64,000 nucleotides of DNA, taken from assembly GCA_001643675.2 (NCBI GenBank), contig LSRY02000014.1, forward strand, positions 1,240,001 to 1,304,000. The letters run 5' to 3'. The notes beneath the pieces were generated by a model. That model was not told the DNA's origin. It did not search any database and worked only from the letters and a program-made list of their open reading frames with translations. Positions 59,917 through 64,000 of the stretch are shown piece after piece; the first letter of the stretch is position 1; each line of letters opens with the position of its first letter. This stretch comes from Monocercomonoides exilis PA203 (taxonomy: Eukaryota; Protista; Preaxostyla). A program made the translations under genes and the position numbers.

Positions 59917-60153
59917 AAATTCAGAATAAATAAATGCGGAAAATATACTCTTAAAGACTTTGAACTTTTATCGCAAATCTGAAACCAAAGAACTTCAATG
60001 GAAGACTTTTGCTGATCTGTGTCGGAAATTACAAACAAGCTTTTTGAAAAAAAATGAAAAAATTAAATAATTGATGAAAAAATATACTCATTCAATCAAA
60101 GATGATGTGCATGATGGCAAGCAAGAAATACCAGTGAAGAATTTTTGCCAAAG

Positions 60154-60190
<37 letters not shown>

Positions 60191-60730
60191 AAAGTTAGAT
60201 TTGTGAAATGCATGTTTGGAAAAGAAATGAATTAAATAAAGTTGAGAATATTAAGAAAAATAAATCAAGAATAAAAGTGAACAAAAACATTGAAGTTGGA
60301 AAATACTTCTGAGAAAAAAAATGTATCAGGTGAAATGATTCCTTCTATTCTTCCGGTTGGAAAAAGATGCAAATGAAGTAATTGCAGGAAAAAATAAAAT
60401 AATTGAATTGAATTGAAAAATGAATATAAAAGATTTTGAGAAAGGATGTGATACAATTTCAATGGTAACAATATGCACGTTAAAAAATTGGAAAAGTTAT
60501 TTCAATTCTTCTCTTTCAGAAGATGCAGCAAAATGTTCAATTCGTAGAGTCTTTCATTTAATAAATGAATGGATTTTCGAGCAATGCAGTCCCATCAGCG
60601 CTTTAACCATTTGAAAGCTCTTTCATATTATTATTCTTTCTGATTTCTGAGCTTCATTCTCCCCTTCCTTTCATCCTCCTTCGTTTTCTAAAGCAAGCAC
60701 ACAATATTACCTGCCCTGTTCAATAGTCTT

Positions 60731-63700
60731 CTATCCCGCATCAAGCAACCCCATTTCAGCATCATCCAGAATAATTTCTGATTTCTCTTCCATTTTCTGA
60801 TTTCTCTTTTTCTTTTTCTTTCTCCTCTTTTGCTTCTCTTCCCCTATTTCTTCTCTTTCTCTCTCTTCCACCACTTCCGTTTCTTCTTCCTTCATCCTCT
60901 TCATCCCTTGCTCTTCTGAATCCTCTCCAATCATCGAAAAATGTCTACTTGGGTCAGAAGATATCCCAACATAATATTCTGCTGGATTTCCTTTTCTTCC
61001 ATCATCGGCAGCAACCCCACCATATTCCTCTAATCCAATCTTGGATCCGCCCCTCTCATCCCGAATTTCATCAACATCTTCCATTTGTTTTCGTTTCTTC
61101 CCTTTCCTTCTCTTCCCCTTTTTAGCTTTTCTATCTCTTTTTGGCATATTCACATCTTCCTTTCCATATGCACAAGCACCATTTTCCATGCTTCCGTCAT
61201 CTCCGCTGCTCATAAGCGTGGCAACTGTCTGTATTTCAATATAATTCACTGGCACAACCTCGATCACTTCCTCATAATCAAATCCACTCTCCACCATTTC
61301 TTTGTTTTCACACTCCTCCAGCTCCCCTCCTTTATCTGATGACACCCTCATCTCATTCCTCATTTCTTCTGTCAATAATGTTTGCATCTCCCCCTTTTCT
61401 TCCTCTTCTTCCTCAACTCTTTTTGCAACATCTTCTTTTCTCCATTCCCCTTTCTCCATATTCGTTGATTCTTCATAATCTCCATCTTCATCTCTCCTTC
61501 CGCCTCTATGCTGTTTCTTTCTCAGTTGCACAGCAATCATAACAATTACAAATAATAGAATCGCAATAACAACAATGCATGCGATAAATGCAAATAAACT
61601 CCATTCAATTTTATCCCCTCTTTTGTTGATATTATCATCTCCTTCTCGTTCATTTTCATTCTTTTCATTTTCCGGCTCACTCTTGTTTATCACAACCAAC
61701 TTATTTGTGGACGACAAGATCCCTTTCCCAAACAGGATGCTCATGCTCACTTCTGTTTTGTTCTCGATCACTTTCACCAAATCCGACGAGATTACAGAAT
61801 GAACTTCGTTTTCTGTAATGCACTCATTCTCTTCTATCTTTTGTGTTTGGATACGCTCAACTTCCCCGTCTTTCATGCTTATCTTCAGCGACAAGTTGCA
61901 CGGAAGAAGCAGCTTCCCCAGAATAATCAAATCCATGCTCCCACTCGCCTGTGTTGTGTTCTTCACTTCTTCCAGAATCGAGATGAAATACGATGATCCT
62001 CTTTCTGAAGCTATCCCTCCCAATTGGCATCCTTCGTCCAATATCCAAAGCGATGAGTTATCTTTCAGTCCATCTCCTCCTTTCACGCTCGCGACATTCA
62101 GTTCGCTGTTCCCTGTGCAAATCACATTCCTTCGCGCTGATCCGTATCCCTCAATAGAAGGGTTGTTGTTCTCAAATTCACCTTTCTCAATCTTCACATT
62201 CCCTCCACCCACCCACAGCCCACCTCTCTTGCTCTTCATAATCGTTGTTTCCCTCATCACCACTTTGCTATCTTCAATATCAACCAATGACCCATTCCAT
62301 TCACATAATCCTTCTTTTCCTTCAACCTCTTCATTGATAATCTCCCCTTCTTTTTCTCCATCAAACACACATATCTCAACCTTCACGTCTTTGCACTGAC
62401 TCACCCGCATCATGCTTCCCTTCTCCACCGAATTCGCGCTTTTTTCAAACGAGCAGTTCAGCACACTCACCTCTTGCTCGGCATCTTCCATACCAATCGC
62501 ACACTCTTCAGACAGTACAGTTACATTCTCTATCGTCATGATCTTCATCACCACTTTCGCTTTTCCTCCAACACTCACAACATCTCCCTCACTTTTGATA
62601 TTTGAAATGCTCGTTTCAAGCAGCGTCACATTCGATTCTCTGTTGAATAATAGTATCGATCCTGCTGAATGCAAATCTTTAAATGTTGAATCAAATATCC
62701 TCAGCTCTCCGCTTTCCACACCCACAACCGAACTGTTCAGCTTCATATCAACCGTTGTTGCTGATGAGTAGAACTCGCATTTTTGGATCTCCATTGACCC
62801 GTTCTTCACTTTCAGGATGTAGCTGTGAGAAGCCTCAAACGTATCTTCAAACTCGAATGAGCACCTCTCCACAGCGCTTTCGTTTATAAACTCCATGATG
62901 CAATCCTTTTCTTCCGATTTCTCAATCTTTGATTTCAACCTCACAATCGCCTGAGACTTTTTGAACGATCTGACAACCAGATCTCCAATCACACATTCTC
63001 CCGAAACCACTCCTTCTCCGTCAATCAGAATCGCATTCATCACTCCTTGCTCAATGTGGTCAATGGCACCATTGATGCTGCTGCATGGATTGCCCTGAGC
63101 CCCGCATCGTCTGCTGTCGTTCCCTGACCCATTCAAAAACACTTGAAGACCTTTGAAGTATGTGATCCGAGGAATAACATCCATGTCAGTATTCCCTTTT
63201 AAATCGCTCCCGCAGATGGAGTTGTTTGTGCCCAATGACTCCTGGTTGTAGTTCAGCGAGAACAGCGTTTCGTTGATCTGGTCATAAATTGAATGGCATT
63301 TGATGAATATGTCTTTCCCCACATGTGCCTCGTTCAGCCTGAACAAGATATTCACAATCTTGAAATTCAGAGATGGAATCTGACTTTCATCATCAATGTT
63401 AACATTTGGATCGGCTCCATCGATGAACAGCCCTCCGCCGCGCCCTGACTCCATCGAGCATCTGCATGTCGAAAACGTGCTCCCATTCACCTTCAAAACC
63501 GATTCTTCACTCTTCAGCACCACTTTCATTCCTCCTCCTTCTGTGTTCAAATCGCTCCTGCACGTGGACATTGTGCAGTCCTCGATCGTGCAATCTATCG
63601 CATTCTCAAACGATCCCAATTCAATGACGCTTGCACTGCTTCCTTCGTTCTTGATGGTTTCAAACCAACAGTACACAACTTTCAACACAGGCTTGTTGCC

Positions 63701-64000
63701 ATTCAAATGAGTATTTTCATTTCCATTCATCTGGTTTTCCTCTTCTGTCATCGAAATCAGGCTGTTTGCTGTCAAAGTGGCTGATGAAATGTTCACATTC
63801 TGAATCGTCACCTGGCTCGCACTTGGGCTGAAAGCAATGAACCCTTTCAATTCGTTGATCTTATTCAACGTGCTGCTCTGAATTGCAGCGCTCCCTCCGT
63901 TCACTTTTATCACGCAATATGCAAAACTTTCAACCGTCCCACTCGATGACCCAAATGAGCAGTCTGTGACCGACAAGACTGTATTCGTTCCTGACGATTC
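60731..64000 (-). CDS. Large single-pass membrane protein with predicted parallel beta-helix (pectin-lyase-like) ectodomain and K/E-rich cytoplasmic tail; 5' end beyond the window
   Basis: Repeats such as CSFE, CTMSTC, GRGGGLFI, EGGGMKV, CGAQGNPCSSI; TM helix WSLFAFIACIVVIAILLFVIVMIAV followed by RKK; frame open to the window edge. Confidence 0.75.
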   Translation of the reverse strand, partial: ESSGTNTVLSVTDCSFGSSSGTVESFAYCVIKVNGGSAAIQSSTLNKINELKGFIAFSPSASQVTIQNVNISSATLTANSLISMTEEENQMNGNENTHLNGNKPVLKVVYCWFETIKNEGSSASVIELGSFENAIDCTIEDCTMSTCRSDLNTEGGGMKVVLKSEESVLKVNGSTFSTCRCSMESGRGGGLFIDGADPNVNIDDESQIPSLNFKIVNILFRLNEAHVGKDIFIKCHSIYDQINETLFSLNYNQESLGTNNSICGSDLKGNTDMDVIPRITYFKGLQVFLNGSGNDSRRCGAQGNPCSSINGAIDHIEQGVMNAILIDGEGVVSGECVIGDLVVRSFKKSQAIVRLKSKIEKSEEKDCIMEFINESAVERCSFEFEDTFEASHSYILKVKNGSMEIQKCEFYSSATTVDMKLNSSVVGVESGELRIFDSTFKDLHSAGSILLFNRESNVTLLETSISNIKSEGDVVSVGGKAKVVMKIMTIENVTVLSEECAIGMEDAEQEVSVLNCSFEKSANSVEKGSMMRVSQCKDVKVEICVFDGEKEGEIINEEVEGKEGLCEWNGSLVDIEDSKVVMRETTIMKSKRGGLWVGGGNVKIEKGEFENNNPSIEGYGSARRNVICTGNSELNVASVKGGDGLKDNSSLWILDEGCQLGGIASERGSSYFISILEEVKNTTQASGSMDLIILGKLLLPCNLSLKISMKDGEVERIQTQKIEENECITENEVHSVISSDLVKVIENKTEVSMSILFGKGILSSTNKLVVINKSEPENEKNENEREGDDNINKRGDKIEWSLFAFIACIVVIAILLFVIVMIAVQLRKKQHRGGRRDEDGDYEESTNMEKGEWRKEDVAKRVEEEEEEKGEMQTLLTEEMRNEMRVSSDKGGELEECENKEMVESGFDYEEVIEVVPVNYIEIQTVATLMSSGDDGSMENGACAYGKEDVNMPKRDRKAKKGKRRKGKKRKQMEDVDEIRDERGGSKIGLEEYGGVAADDGRKGNPAEYYVGISSDPSRHFSMIGEDSEEQGMKRMKEEETEVVEEREREEIGEEKQKRRKKKKKRNQKMEEKSEIILDDAEMGLLDAG

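Noticed and set aside
60156-60187. 32-nt poly(A) run as a retroposon tail
   Set aside because: No recognisable element body or target-site duplication; A/T runs are common here.
1-64000. tRNA, rRNA or CRISPR arrays
   Set aside because: None recognisable by eye; tRNAscan-SE and Infernal would be needed to exclude small RNAs.

Overview
Gene-dense eukaryotic DNA: short AT-rich GT-AG introns, standard genetic code (genes end in TAA, TAG and TGA), and heavy (TCT/GAA)n low-complexity expansion in coding regions. The style and gene families suggest an oxymonad such as Monocercomonoides (inference, not verifiable here). Genes in order: ARL13B with a ~620-aa insertion inside its G domain, an intronless bacterial-type SDR, three giant low-complexity proteins (one with PAM2 motifs), a TPR-less PP5-type phosphatase, a coiled-coil/filamin/SPRY protein, a Rac/Rho GTPase, the PP2A A subunit head-to-head with KATNIP, a small acylated Ig-like protein that appears to need a 2-nt micro-exon, and eRF1. 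The right end (49-60 kb) holds a dead Merlin/IS1595 transposon, a decayed gene containing a 76-codon ubiquitin-like domain and a dead pogo-like element, followed by a beta-helix-like membrane protein. The most striking signal is at the eRF1 stop. It sits in a shift-prone TTT-TGA context, is followed by 194 in-frame sense codons and a 75-codon open +1 frame, has an 11-bp stem downstream, and overlaps a possible 39-nt stop-removing intron. This is a candidate termination-sensing autoregulatory cassette on the release factor itself.
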